Assembly (NCBI GenBank): GCA_963702205.1
Contig: OY969724.1
Coordinates: forward strand, 2,368,001-2,432,000
DNA: 64,000 nt
Origin: an uncultured candidate division Zixibacteria bacterium
GTDB taxonomy: Bacteria > Zixibacteria > MSB-5A5 > GN15 > PGXB01
Direction: 5' to 3'
The notes under the pieces are model-generated. The model was given only the letters and a program-made list of their open reading frames with translations. It made no database searches and was not told the DNA's origin. The number at the start of each line of letters is the position of its first letter. The stretch's first letter is position 1. Made by a program: the position numbers and the translations under genes. Shown one piece after another: positions 1 through 10,086 of this stretch.

Positions 1-2
1 TG

Positions 3-614
3 ACGCCGTTGAAAACGTACGATAGAGGTAGTGCGGCAGAAATGATTGATATTATCAATTCGTTTCAAAAAGAATTCCTTCAAAGGTACGGTACACGGCT
101 GGTCTTCGCGGCCGATGAGTTTTATGTTCTGGCCGGCCACGATGTGCCGCGCTTGTCCGAATACGAAGAGATGGAGCAGTTCGAAAACGGAATCGGGATG
201 CTGCGCTGGACGATCACCCAGTTTAATCGCCGCAAGAAATCACTGTATAAGACAAAATCAAAAAAGAAAATCGCGGTGATAACCGGTGTTTCGGCGGCTC
301 CAACCCTGCAAAAAGAAATTATCGAGCCTCTGGTTGCTGAGACCGGATTCAATGTCGGTCTCATACCAATAGAAAATAAATTCTGGGGGAAGACGGTTAC
401 GGTCAGCGGCCTGTTAACCGGCGGGGATATAATGCGTACGGTCAAGAAAATAGATAACAACTATGATACCATACTTTTACCGCCGAATTGCATCAACGAT
501 GACAACCTGTTTTTGGATGATATGAAACTCGATTATTTAAAAAATAAATCCGAGGCCGAGATAAAAGTCGGCAGTTATTTTATTGCCGACTCGTTAAGAG
601 AGGCGTTGTCATGA
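3..614 (+). CDS. DUF512 family (PDZ/radical SAM-like Fe-S) protein, C-terminal part; 5' truncated by the window
   Basis: Motifs 'FAADEFY', 'QFENGIGM', 'NKFWGKTVTVSGLLTGGD' and 'FLDD' are typical of DUF512; the frame is open to the window edge; der follows. Confidence 0.8.
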   Translation, partial: TPLKTYDRGSAAEMIDIINSFQKEFLQRYGTRLVFAADEFYVLAGHDVPRLSEYEEMEQFENGIGMLRWTITQFNRRKKSLYKTKSKKKIAVITGVSAAPTLQKEIIEPLVAETGFNVGLIPIENKFWGKTVTVSGLLTGGDIMRTVKKIDNNYDTILLPPNCINDDNLFLDDMKLDYLKNKSEAEIKVGSYFIADSLREALS

Positions 615-1921
615 GCCTGCCGCTGGTGGCTATAATCGGACGGCCCAACGTCGGAAAGTCGTCGCTGTTCAACCGCCTGCTGCGCAGGCGCATCGCAATT
701 GTCGATGACATGCCGGGTGTGACGCGTGACCGCAATTACGCAATGTGCGACTGGAATGGGCGGGAGTTTTACTTGGTCGATACCGGCGGGATGATTCCCG
801 AGACGCCCAAGGGCGTCGACCGTCTGGTGCTCGAACAGGCCGAAGAGGCCGTAATGCAGGCCGATCTTACGCTGTTAGTGGTCGATTGCCAAACCGGGGC
901 CGACCGTGCCGATGAACTGATCGCGAGGCGGTTACAGAAATCGAAACGCAAAGTCCTGCTGCTGGTCAATAAGGCCGACAACGATTCTCTTGCGGTCAAT
1001 CGGTATGAATTTTACAAACTCGGGCTCGATGAACCGTGCCCGGTATCGGCCAACACCGGGTTCGGTATCGGTGATGCTCTCGATAAGCTGGTCGAGCTCC
1101 TGCCCGAAGAAGCAGTCGATGCCGGTCAAGAAGACGCAATTCGAATCGCTGTCATCGGACGGCCCAACGTGGGGAAATCGTCGTTCATAAACTCGCTGAT
1201 CGGGGAAGAGAGGGTGATCGTTTCGCCGACACCGGGGACGACGCGTGATGCGGTCGATACGCCGTTTGAATACGAGGGCAAAAAGTATGTTCTGATCGAC
1301 ACCGCCGGACTGCGCCGTAAGGCGCGGGTCAAAGAAGACCTGGAATTTTTCATGACGCTTCGGACTTTACGGGCGATCGAGAACTGCCATGTCGCGGTGG
1401 TATTGGTCGATGCCTCGGAAGGCATGATGGTGCAGGATTTGAAGGTGATCGAGGACGCCGTCGAGGCGCGCCGGGCACTGGTTCTGGCGGTCAACAAATG
1501 GGACCTGGTCGAAAAAGACGATCGCACCGCCGATATATTCGCCGAACAGGTTAAGAAATTCCTGGGCCTGCATGGCTACATTCCACAAATATACATTTCC
1601 GCCTTAAGCGGCAAACGGGTCGCCAGGACTATCGCGCTGGTCGATGCCGTGTACGAAAACTGGAACCGTCGCATACCGACCGCGGAACTCAATGCTTTTA
1701 TAGAAAACCTGGTGGCCCGTCAGCCGCCGGCGGCGATCAAGGGTAAGTACATCAATATTTATTATGCGACTCAGGCCGACGTCGCCCCCCCGACTTTCAC
1801 GTTTTTCTGCAATCATCCTCAGCTGCTTCAAAAGAGCTATTTGCGATATATCAATAATCAGCTCCGCGAAAGCTATGATTTCGCCGGGGTGCCGTTCCGG
1901 ATCAAATTCAAGAAACGATAA
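611..1921 (+). CDS. der: Ribosome biogenesis GTPase Der (EngA)
   Basis: Two tandem G domains (GRPNVGKSS twice, DTGG/DTAG, NKAD/NKWD) and a KH-like C-terminus. Confidence 0.97.
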   Translation: MSLPLVAIIGRPNVGKSSLFNRLLRRRIAIVDDMPGVTRDRNYAMCDWNGREFYLVDTGGMIPETPKGVDRLVLEQAEEAVMQADLTLLVVDCQTGADRADELIARRLQKSKRKVLLLVNKADNDSLAVNRYEFYKLGLDEPCPVSANTGFGIGDALDKLVELLPEEAVDAGQEDAIRIAVIGRPNVGKSSFINSLIGEERVIVSPTPGTTRDAVDTPFEYEGKKYVLIDTAGLRRKARVKEDLEFFMTLRTLRAIENCHVAVVLVDASEGMMVQDLKVIEDAVEARRALVLAVNKWDLVEKDDRTADIFAEQVKKFLGLHGYIPQIYISALSGKRVARTIALVDAVYENWNRRIPTAELNAFIENLVARQPPAAIKGKYINIYYATQADVAPPTFTFFCNHPQLLQKSYLRYINNQLRESYDFAGVPFRIKFKKR

Positions 1922-1956
1922 AATTATTTTTTAAGCGTACTAATTTGCCGGGGCCC

Positions 1957-1983
1957 TTAATTTCAGCGTTTTTATGCCGAAAA
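1957..1983 (+). promoter_or_regulatory. Putative sigma28 (FliA) promoter
   Basis: TTAA-N15-GCCGAAAA; ends 7 nt before the ATG at 1991. Confidence 0.5.
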
Positions 1984-1990
1984 GCGGTAT

Positions 1991-3295
1991 ATGGCCGCCA
2001 AAAGTATAATTGACAACCGCGTTTTCGATCTGGAATCGCGCCTCGAAGAAACCTCGCTCAAGCTCAGTGACCTGACCACCATGGCGACGCTGGTGACCTC
2101 ACTTCTGGATATCGAAAGCATCCTGTCGGTCGCGATGGAAATGGCGGTGCGTATGGTCGGTGGTGAAGTGGGGGCGATTCTTATCGAAGAGAATAACGAA
2201 CTTGTTTCGCGCATCACCTGGGGAGTCGATGACACACTGGTCAAAAGCATACGGTACAAAGACGGCGAAGACGTGGCGACTTTTGCCTTCAACAAGCAGA
2301 CGCCGGTCGTCGATAACGCTTATGATTTCCCAGTCGAGCACGGGCCGCGGATAGAGAGCCTCCTGGCCATGCCGATTGCATCACGGGCGCAGTGCCACGG
2401 CACTATTCTTGTCATAAACAAGACTGACGGAAGCGGCTTCACCGACGCCGACAAGGAAAATATAAAGCTATTGGCGCAGTTTGCGGCGGTGGCTATCGAC
2501 AATTCCATGCTTCTCAAGGAATCTCTGGTTAAACAGAAGATGGACCAGGAACTTTCTACCGCCACCGAAGTGCAAAAGGCCATTTTGCCGGGCAAAGACG
2601 TCAAAATCGACGGGGTCGAAGTCGGGACGCTGTATGTTCCGGCGAGGCACGTCGGCGGCGATTTTTATGATATAATCGAGATCAGTGCCGATGAATTCAT
2701 GGTCGTGATCGGCGACGTCTCCAACAAGGGCGTCCCGGCGGCGCTGGTGATGTCGGCGACGATGGCAATAATAAGATCACAGTTGGCTCAATTCGATGGA
2801 ATCAAGCCTTCGGATTTGATGTCACATCTGAATAAAATACTCTGCGAGGGAATCATAAAGACCGAATCGATGTTTGTGACGCTGTTTATTGCCCTCTTCG
2901 ATTTGAAAAATCGCCGACTGACTTATTGCAACGCCGGTCATCCGCCACCATTATATTGGAAGGATCGCGAAAAAAATATAGTTGGGCTTAAAGCCGGAGG
3001 ACCGTTTGTCGGTCAGTTTGAGGACATCACTTACATTCAGAACGAAGAAGCTATCGAAGAGGGCGACCACTTTTTCGCATTTACCGATGGCCTTAGCGAA
3101 GCCGCCGATGAGAAGGACAACCTTTTCGGCCTGGAACGGGCCCAGCAGGTTTTTGCGAGCACCCGCGACCTGAACGCACAGGAGTTTTGCGAACAAACGC
3201 GCAGCTATATCGATCGGTTCAGTCGTGACGGTGACATCAGAAATATCGACGATCTCACTATTATGAAAATTATCATAAAGAACAAACCGCAATGA
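1991..3295 (+). CDS. GAF + SpoIIE/PP2C phosphatase (RsbU-like)
   Basis: N-terminal GAF ('GTILVINK...FTDADK'); PP2C motifs VGGDFYD, IGDVSNKG, NAGHPP, FTDGL, DDLT. Confidence 0.9.
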   Translation: MAAKSIIDNRVFDLESRLEETSLKLSDLTTMATLVTSLLDIESILSVAMEMAVRMVGGEVGAILIEENNELVSRITWGVDDTLVKSIRYKDGEDVATFAFNKQTPVVDNAYDFPVEHGPRIESLLAMPIASRAQCHGTILVINKTDGSGFTDADKENIKLLAQFAAVAIDNSMLLKESLVKQKMDQELSTATEVQKAILPGKDVKIDGVEVGTLYVPARHVGGDFYDIIEISADEFMVVIGDVSNKGVPAALVMSATMAIIRSQLAQFDGIKPSDLMSHLNKILCEGIIKTESMFVTLFIALFDLKNRRLTYCNAGHPPPLYWKDREKNIVGLKAGGPFVGQFEDITYIQNEEAIEEGDHFFAFTDGLSEAADEKDNLFGLERAQQVFASTRDLNAQEFCEQTRSYIDRFSRDGDIRNIDDLTIMKIIIKNKPQ

Positions 3296-3717
3296 AACAG
3301 GTCAGGCACACATATTATTCGAATCCGGAATCGGAAGACCTGATGTTCGGGGATGTTAAAGCGTTTCTTCGGAATGTCCCCGTAAATGATAAGTTGTTGC
3401 ATAACATCCTCCTGGCCATTTCTGAGGCTTTTACCAATGCCCTGATTCACGGCAACAAGTGGGAAAGTTCAAAGACTATTGAAGTCATTCTCGCCATTAA
3501 GGATAGAGAGTTTCTTGCCGATATTATAGATGAAGGAACGTGCAACCTGTCCTTTCTGGAAGGACGTCCGGCGCCGGATCCAATGGCCGAGGGCGGAAGG
3601 GGCATGAGCCTTATTGAAAACTGCTGCGAAAGTGCAAGTTTCGGCAAAGATGAAAATACCGGGGGACTTAAGGTCTCTTTGAGATTTAACCTGGACGCGA
3701 AAATAACGGTAGGGTAA
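3292..3717 (+). CDS. Anti-sigma factor / Ser kinase (RsbW-like HATPase)
   Basis: 'EAFTNALIHGN', 'DEG' and 'EGGRGM' boxes; overlaps the phosphatase stop (ATGA). Confidence 0.88.
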   Translation: MKQVRHTYYSNPESEDLMFGDVKAFLRNVPVNDKLLHNILLAISEAFTNALIHGNKWESSKTIEVILAIKDREFLADIIDEGTCNLSFLEGRPAPDPMAEGGRGMSLIENCCESASFGKDENTGGLKVSLRFNLDAKITVG

Positions 3718-3737
3718 GAATAAAAGCGGAGGAGAAG

Positions 3738-4094
3738 ATGAATTTCAATTTGAAAGACGCCGGGAACGTCACCGTTGTCGAATTGACTGGTCGACTCGAC
3801 ATGAACAACGGCAACAAATTAAAAGAGGCCGTTAAAGGATTGCTTAAAGACGGAAAATCACAGATTCACATAAACCTGGCCGACGTCGATTTTGTCAACA
3901 GCTCCGGTCTGGGTGCGCTGGTTTCGATAATGAAGGAAATCCGTCTGCATCGCGGTCGTCTGACCATGTCCGATCTTGTCGAATATGTCCGGGAAATTTT
4001 CGAGATCACCCAGCTTTCTCACATTTTTGAAATATTCTCGACCGAACAGGAAGCTCTGAATTCGTACGAAATAGGCGTAGGCGGAAATTCCTGA
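3738..4094 (+). CDS. STAS anti-anti-sigma factor (RsbV/SpoIIAA-like)
   Basis: 'GRLD' and 'VDFVNSSGLGAL' phospho-Ser motif; 118 aa. Confidence 0.9.
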   Translation: MNFNLKDAGNVTVVELTGRLDMNNGNKLKEAVKGLLKDGKSQIHINLADVDFVNSSGLGALVSIMKEIRLHRGRLTMSDLVEYVREIFEITQLSHIFEIFSTEQEALNSYEIGVGGNS

Positions 4095-4109
4095 AAGCGA
4101 TAGGGGATA

Positions 4110-4547
4110 ATGACGTTGGACAAGACACCCAAGAGCATACTGGTCGTCGACGATGAACTTCTGATCCGCGACCTTCTTTACGATTTTTTCAGTGAGCGCG
4201 ACTGGCAGGTAGCTGTATGCGAATCGGCCGATAAAGCCATCGAGCAGTTGAAAAATCGGCGGTTCGAAATAGTCATCGTCGATTTAAAACTCCCGGAATC
4301 CGACGGGCTCTCCCTGATCGGCAAGATCAAAGCCTTTTTCCCCGATCTGCCGATTTTGATCGTAACCGGTTTCCCCAGCCTGGAATCGGCTATCTCGGCG
4401 GTGCGGTTAAGAGTCGAAGATTATATAGTAAAGCCCTTCAATATAAATAAACTTTTCAAGACCGCAGATTCCATTATCGAAAACAGAAGAAATATAAAGA
4501 AGGCGCACGAAGAAGAAACCGAAGACTATCATCATAAAAGCCAGTAA
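4110..4547 (+). CDS. Single-domain response regulator
   Basis: Receiver motifs 'LVVDDE', 'VDLKLP', 'VTG', 'KPF'. Confidence 0.9.
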   Translation: MTLDKTPKSILVVDDELLIRDLLYDFFSERDWQVAVCESADKAIEQLKNRRFEIVIVDLKLPESDGLSLIGKIKAFFPDLPILIVTGFPSLESAISAVRLRVEDYIVKPFNINKLFKTADSIIENRRNIKKAHEEETEDYHHKSQ

Positions 4548-4681
4548 CCTCGATAACGATATATAAATCGGGGTATTATGATCTTTAAATAATCTATCAT
4601 TATTGACTTTATTTAATAGTTTTTTATTGCATCGATTCCCAAATGGGAATATTTTTCCTATCGGATAAGGGAGACGAGTTC

Positions 4682-5989
4682 ATGGATGAAGAGAAAGTCC
4701 TGGACATTGATTTGTCCGAAAGCATTGCCGCATTTACGGAACGATACAGTTCTTTCAGTAATGTCATAAACCGCATGCAGCGCCAGTACCTGGCGTTGAA
4801 AGATACTTACACCCGACAAAGCGATGAACTGCGTTCGGTCAACGAATCGCTGCAGGGTCTCGTCTCTGAAAATCGCACCGTCACCGAATTTTTGAATTCA
4901 ATTCTCGTCTCGCTTTCATCGGGCGTGATAGCAGTCGATGATAAAGGACTAGTGACACATATCAATCCGTCGGCGATGAAAATTCTCGGCCTGCCCGGAG
5001 AAGTTTCATCTGTACGGGGCAATCATTATGCCGATATAATCGTTCCGGTCGACAATGCCGAGTTTTCGGCGGTGGGCACGGTCGGCAGCGGCTTGTGCAT
5101 CGATTCCAAAGAGAAGAAGATTGAAACCTATTACGGCACGGTCGTCACGATTCAGGTTTCCACGTCGGTTTTGAAAGACAAGCAGGGCGAAATTACCGGC
5201 GCCGTGGAGCTTTTTTCGGATATATCCAAAGTCAAACAGCTCGAAGAAAAATTATCGCGCATGAAAGTGCTGGCCTCGCTGGGAGAGCTGGCGGCGGCGA
5301 TTGCGCACGAGGTCCGCAATCCGCTCCTGGCGATCAATGGCTTTGCCTCGCTTCTGGTCCGCGACCTCGAGAATGATCCGGCAAAAAGAGCTATGGCCGA
5401 GAAAATTGTCACCGGCGTCAGCAATATCAATAAGACCATACAAAACTTGCTCGATTTTGCACACAATGATGACATAAATAAAATTCCGGTAACATTAAGC
5501 GAATATTTGCACTCGATATTGGAGGAGTTTTCGGACCACTTGGGACCGGAAAAAACTGTGGCCGATATTAAACGGGACTTGAAAGTGGATGATGAAGCCG
5601 TGATAGAAGTCGACCCGCATTTGTTCCGCCAGGCTTTGTTTAACCTGATAAAAAATGGTCTGGAAGCTGGTGGGGACAAACCGGAAGTGACCATTTCCTG
5701 CCGAACCCTGCCGTTGGATAAATCACAGTCGGAGTATGGCAAAAGGCTGGAGTTGTCCGGTCTGGATAGACTGACCGAAATAAAAATCCGGGACAACGGA
5801 CCCGGCATTCCGAAACACCAGATTGACCGCATTTTTACGCCGTTTTATTCGACTAAAGAAAACGGGACCGGTCTGGGGCTGGCTATCGCGTGGAAAATTA
5901 TCAAAGCGCACGGGGGAGATTTATGTCTGGCCGAACACGGGCCCGACGGTACCGAGTTCTCAATTGTTTTGCCCATGAAAGTTATCTAA
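4682..5989 (+). CDS. Cytoplasmic PAS sensor histidine kinase (FleS/FlrB-like)
   Basis: N-terminal coiled coil, PAS, H-box AHEVRNPL, N-box, DNGPGI, FYSTK, GTGLGL; no TM segment; start placed after the GGGAG RBS. Confidence 0.88.
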   Translation: MDEEKVLDIDLSESIAAFTERYSSFSNVINRMQRQYLALKDTYTRQSDELRSVNESLQGLVSENRTVTEFLNSILVSLSSGVIAVDDKGLVTHINPSAMKILGLPGEVSSVRGNHYADIIVPVDNAEFSAVGTVGSGLCIDSKEKKIETYYGTVVTIQVSTSVLKDKQGEITGAVELFSDISKVKQLEEKLSRMKVLASLGELAAAIAHEVRNPLLAINGFASLLVRDLENDPAKRAMAEKIVTGVSNINKTIQNLLDFAHNDDINKIPVTLSEYLHSILEEFSDHLGPEKTVADIKRDLKVDDEAVIEVDPHLFRQALFNLIKNGLEAGGDKPEVTISCRTLPLDKSQSEYGKRLELSGLDRLTEIKIRDNGPGIPKHQIDRIFTPFYSTKENGTGLGLAIAWKIIKAHGGDLCLAEHGPDGTEFSIVLPMKVI

Positions 5990-6005
5990 ACGGGGAGATT
6001 TAGAA

Positions 6006-7367
6006 ATGAAACTGGACATACTGGTAGTCGACGACGACCGTCTGGTCAACGACTTTTTAACCGAAACCCTGACCCGTCTGGGGCACAACGTTGAATCGGT
6101 CCTGTCCGCCGAAGACGCTTTAGTCTGTTTGGATGAATCGAAATACGATCTCATGGTTTCCGATATAAAAATGAAGGGCATGGACGGCATCACTCTTCTG
6201 GGCCGGGCGAAAACGATGCAGCCGGAAGTTATGGCCATTATGATTACGGCGTATGGGACCGTGGAGAATGCCGTCAAAGCCATGAAGATAGGCGCTTATG
6301 ACTATTTGCTCAAACCGGTGTCCCCTGATAATATCGAAATCGTGGTCGGCCGGGCGGCCGAAGTGATCGAACTACGCCGTGAAAATAAGATGCTCAAATC
6401 CGATCTGGCCGAAAAATACCAGAATATCATCGGCAAGTCGCAACGTATTAAACAGGTCTTCGATCTGATCGAGACGACCGCCGATGCCCGCTCCACGGTT
6501 CTCATTACGGGTGAATCGGGCACAGGTAAGGAACTGGTTGCCAGAGCGATTCATTATGCTTCGCCGCGCCGCGACAATCCGTTTATCAAATTGAACTGCG
6601 CGGCGCTGCCGGAAAACCTGGTCGAAGCCGAAATGTTCGGCTATGAAAAAGGGGCCTTCACCGGAGCCGTCAGGCAGCATAAAGGCCGTTTTGAGCTGGC
6701 TCATACCGGGACGCTGCTGCTGGATGAAATCACGGAAATGCCGCTGGGTCTTCAGGCCAAGCTGCTGAGAGTTATACAGGAGCGGGAATTCGAACGTCTC
6801 GGGTCGGGTAAACCGATCGAAGTGGACGTGCGCATTATTGCTACCTCGAACCGCGATTTGAAAAAGGCGATTGCGCTGGGTGAGTTCCGTGAGGACCTGT
6901 TTTTCCGCCTGAATGTCATCCCGATTCATATCGCGCCGCTTCGCGAACGGCTCGAGGATATCCCCCTTCTGGTGCAGCATTTTGTCAATAAGTACAACGC
7001 CGAGAATAACAAAAGCATTTCCGGGATCGATGACGACGTTCTAAAACTCCTCTTAAGATACCATTGGCCGGGAAACGTCCGCGAGCTTGAAAACTATGTC
7101 GAGCGGGCGGTCGTGACCGCTCCCGAAAGTGTCCTGACCCGGGATTGTTTCCCGAACGACCTGGCACTCGGGAAATTGTCGGAGCAGACACCGGGTATGG
7201 AAATCGGCATAACTCTCCAGGAGGGAGAGAAATATTTAATTCTCAAGACGCTGGAGAAATTCAACGGTAATAAAACCAAAGCCGCCGAAATCCTGAATGT
7301 TACCCCCCGGACCATTCGCAACAAGCTGGCCGAGTACGAAATAGAAGAGCCAGTCGAGCAGGATTAA
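6006..7367 (+). CDS. Sigma54-dependent response regulator (FleR/FlrC-like)
   Basis: Receiver, GESGTGKE, GAFTGA, WPGNVREL and Fis-type HTH; adjacent to the flagellar genes. Confidence 0.9.
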   Translation: MKLDILVVDDDRLVNDFLTETLTRLGHNVESVLSAEDALVCLDESKYDLMVSDIKMKGMDGITLLGRAKTMQPEVMAIMITAYGTVENAVKAMKIGAYDYLLKPVSPDNIEIVVGRAAEVIELRRENKMLKSDLAEKYQNIIGKSQRIKQVFDLIETTADARSTVLITGESGTGKELVARAIHYASPRRDNPFIKLNCAALPENLVEAEMFGYEKGAFTGAVRQHKGRFELAHTGTLLLDEITEMPLGLQAKLLRVIQEREFERLGSGKPIEVDVRIIATSNRDLKKAIALGEFREDLFFRLNVIPIHIAPLRERLEDIPLLVQHFVNKYNAENNKSISGIDDDVLKLLLRYHWPGNVRELENYVERAVVTAPESVLTRDCFPNDLALGKLSEQTPGMEIGITLQEGEKYLILKTLEKFNGNKTKAAEILNVTPRTIRNKLAEYEIEEPVEQD

Positions 7368-7408
7368 GGCCGGCTTATATCTACCATAGATTAAGCACCC
7401 GAAATCGT

Positions 7409-7435
7409 TCAAAATTCCCGCAATTTTGCCGATAT
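7409..7435 (+). promoter_or_regulatory. Putative sigma28 promoter of motAB
   Basis: TCAA-N15-GCCGATAT. Confidence 0.65.
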
Positions 7436-7495
7436 TTTCTATAATTGCATATTTTTACCAGGTGGCGGGGAAATTACGCCCGCTGACGGATAATT

Positions 7496-8260
7496 ATGGA
7501 TATAGCTACTTTTGGTGGTTTAATTCTCGGCATAGGTGCGGTACTTGTCTCCTTCGTTATGGAAGGCGGCAATCTTAATTCTATAATACAGGCTCCGGCG
7601 ATGATGATTGTCATCGGCGGAACTATCGGCGCCACCGTGGTGACGACGTCGGTTTATACCGTTCGTCAGGTGCCGACGTTTATTCGTCTGGCTTTCAGTC
7701 ACCGCAAGGCCGACCTGATGGCCACCGTCGAGCGGATCGTCAAGCTGTCCGAAAAAGCCCGCAAAGAGGGTATCCTCGGCCTCGAAAAAGAACTGGGCGA
7801 TATTGCCGATCCGTTTTTCCGCAAGGCGGTGCGGCTGGTAATCGACGGCAGCGAGGCGACCGATCTGAAAAATATTCTCGAAACCGAGATAGCCTATGTC
7901 GAGGACCGTCATAAGAAGGGCATTTTGTTCTTTCAGAAAATGGGCGGCTTTTCTCCGACCATGGGCATTATCGGAACCGTCCTCGGGCTGATTCACACCC
8001 TGAGCAATACCGCCAACGCCGACCGTATGGCCCAGGCTATCGCGGGGGCTTTTATCGCTACCCTCTGGGGAGTCGCGCTGGCTAATCTTTGTTATCTTCC
8101 GCTCAGCGATAAACTCAAAATGCGCCACGAAGACGAGCTGGCGAATCTCGATCTTATAACTGAAGGTGTCATCGCCATACAATCGGGTGACAACCCGCGC
8201 GTTGTCCGCACCAAACTTCTCTCATTTCTGGCACCGCACATGCGGCACGGAGACGACTAA
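7496..8260 (+). CDS. motA: Flagellar stator MotA
   Basis: 'ARKEGILGLE', 'PTMGIIGTVLGLI', 'AFIATLWG'. Confidence 0.95.
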   Translation: MDIATFGGLILGIGAVLVSFVMEGGNLNSIIQAPAMMIVIGGTIGATVVTTSVYTVRQVPTFIRLAFSHRKADLMATVERIVKLSEKARKEGILGLEKELGDIADPFFRKAVRLVIDGSEATDLKNILETEIAYVEDRHKKGILFFQKMGGFSPTMGIIGTVLGLIHTLSNTANADRMAQAIAGAFIATLWGVALANLCYLPLSDKLKMRHEDELANLDLITEGVIAIQSGDNPRVVRTKLLSFLAPHMRHGDD

Positions 8261-8262
8261 TC

Positions 8263-8991
8263 ATGATGGCTCGGCGTAAAAAGGCCGATCAAAAGGAGAA
8301 CCTCGATCGGTGGCTGCTCACATACGCCGACCTGATCACGCTGCTTCTGGCCTTCTTTATCGTCATGTATTCCATGTCGCGGGTCGATGCCAAAAAATTC
8401 GGGCAAATGAGTGAAGCTTTGTCCGGTATCCTGCACGGTGGAAAAGTCGCGATCAAAAACGGTAACGACGTCGGCAGTTTCCCCGGCAACGGCGTTCTCG
8501 ATATCGGGCATTTGCAGTCGCTCGGGCATAACGTGCAATCCGCGTTTGAAAAAGTTGGCAAGCAGGACGAAATAAATGTTGAGTTGTCGGAGCGCGGGCT
8601 GGTCATACATATCATGGAGCAGGCACTTTTCAAGGAGGGTTCGGCCGATCTCGAAAGCCGCGCCAAAGAAACGCTCGATCTGGTCGGGACACAGTTGCGC
8701 AACATGGAAAATCATGTGCGCGTTGAGGGTCATACCGACAACAAACCGATCAATACCAAACGGTTTCCGTCGAACTGGGAGCTGTCGTCGGCTCGGGCTA
8801 CGGAAGTCGTCAGGTATTTTGCCAATAATTATGAAATAAGCCCGACCCGACTATCGGCGCTTGGTTATGGTGAGTTCCGGCCGATGGTTCCCAATAATAC
8901 CGCCGAGAACCGGGCCAAAAACCGCCGGGTGGATATTGTCGTCCTGACTATGGAGCTTTCGAGTCAGGAGCCCGGGTCGGACGAATATTGA
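8263..8991 (+). CDS. motB: Flagellar stator MotB
   Basis: 'WLLTYADLITLLLAFFIV' TM with the conserved Asp; OmpA-like 'EGHTD...NWELSSARA...NRRVDI'. Confidence 0.95.
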   Translation: MMARRKKADQKENLDRWLLTYADLITLLLAFFIVMYSMSRVDAKKFGQMSEALSGILHGGKVAIKNGNDVGSFPGNGVLDIGHLQSLGHNVQSAFEKVGKQDEINVELSERGLVIHIMEQALFKEGSADLESRAKETLDLVGTQLRNMENHVRVEGHTDNKPINTKRFPSNWELSSARATEVVRYFANNYEISPTRLSALGYGEFRPMVPNNTAENRAKNRRVDIVVLTMELSSQEPGSDEY

Positions 8992-9000
8992 CCCCCGACC

Positions 9001-9036
9001 GGAAATTCTTTCAATATATTTGTGGAATATAATTCC
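9001..9036. promoter_or_regulatory. Candidate enhancer sites for the flgB sigma54 promoter
   Basis: GGAA-attct-TTCA (9001) and GGAA-tataa-TTCC (9024), 23 bp apart; the same motif occurs upstream of flgF. Confidence 0.5.
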
Positions 9037-9111
9037 AGCATTTTCCTTGCTCCATTTTCACGATAATTCATAATCCGTTAATTTGTTTACACTTACGATT
9101 GTCCGACGGTT

Positions 9112-9127
9112 TGGCACGAGGCCTGCA
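9112..9127 (+). promoter_or_regulatory. Sigma54 -24/-12 promoter of the flgB operon
   Basis: TGGCAC-gaggc-CTGCA. Confidence 0.8.
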
Positions 9128-9149
9128 ATACGCTGGCGCGGGAAAAGAT

Positions 9150-9566
9150 ATGTCGGATGTAATACGAAATACAATAATTGCCAAGAGTGGCATTCCGATG
9201 CTGGAGAAATATCTCGATCTGGCTTCGGTCAAGCACAAGCTGATATCGGGTAATATCGCCAATGTTTCGACACCCGGCTATAAGAGCAAGGACATTGATT
9301 TTCAGGGTGAACTGAAAAAGGCCATCGGCCAAAAAGGCGGTCTTAAGATGACCGTCACCAACCCGAACCATATCAGACCCGGACAGTCCGACGACGGCCC
9401 CAAAATAATGACCGATAATTCCGGTGAATCGAACGGCATCAACAATGTCAATATCGATAAAGAAATGGCTGATCTGGCTCAGAATCAGCTGACGTACACT
9501 CTGGGAGCACGACTGATGGCTCTGAAATTTCAGGGACTCAAGAAAGCTATCAAGGGTGGAGGATAA
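9150..9566 (+). CDS. flgB: Basal-body rod protein FlgB
   Basis: 'ISGNIANVSTPGYKSKDIDF', 'NNVNIDKEM'. Confidence 0.93.
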   Translation: MSDVIRNTIIAKSGIPMLEKYLDLASVKHKLISGNIANVSTPGYKSKDIDFQGELKKAIGQKGGLKMTVTNPNHIRPGQSDDGPKIMTDNSGESNGINNVNIDKEMADLAQNQLTYTLGARLMALKFQGLKKAIKGGG

Positions 9567-9573
9567 TTAAGTC

Positions 9574-10068
9574 ATGTCCGGTTTGATAAACTCAATTGAT
9601 GTATCGGCTTCGGGTCTGACGATACAGCGGCGCAAGATGGACGCCGTCGCCCAGAACATCGCCAACGTCGAGACCACCAAGACCGAAGACGGCGGGCCGT
9701 ACCGCCGCAAAAGAATTATGGTCGAAGAGGCCAAAGAAAATGTGCCGTTCAAGACTCTGCTGAATCAGGCTAATACCAAACTGGCCCGGACTAACCCGGC
9801 CCACATGACCGGGTCCACGCGCGGCATGAAAAGCGACGTGGAGATATCGAAGGTCGACGCCGAAGAGGTCCAGGCACCGGCCGACGATTACAAATTGATT
9901 TATGATCCAGATCATCCGGACGCCGACGCCGACGGGTTCGTCAAGATGCCGGATATCGAGCTTATTAATGAAATGGTCGATATGATGACTTCGTCGCGAG
10001 CGTACAAAGCCAACACGACCGCGATACTGGCCGCCAAAGAAATGGCCAAGAATGCAATGGACATATAA
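9574..10068 (+). CDS. flgC: Basal-body rod protein FlgC
   Basis: 'NIANVETT...GGPYRRK', 'YDPDHPDAD..GFVKMP', 'EMVDMM'. Confidence 0.95.
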   Translation: MSGLINSIDVSASGLTIQRRKMDAVAQNIANVETTKTEDGGPYRRKRIMVEEAKENVPFKTLLNQANTKLARTNPAHMTGSTRGMKSDVEISKVDAEEVQAPADDYKLIYDPDHPDADADGFVKMPDIELINEMVDMMTSSRAYKANTTAILAAKEMAKNAMDI

Positions 10069-10086
10069 TAAACAAAGGTGATAGAT

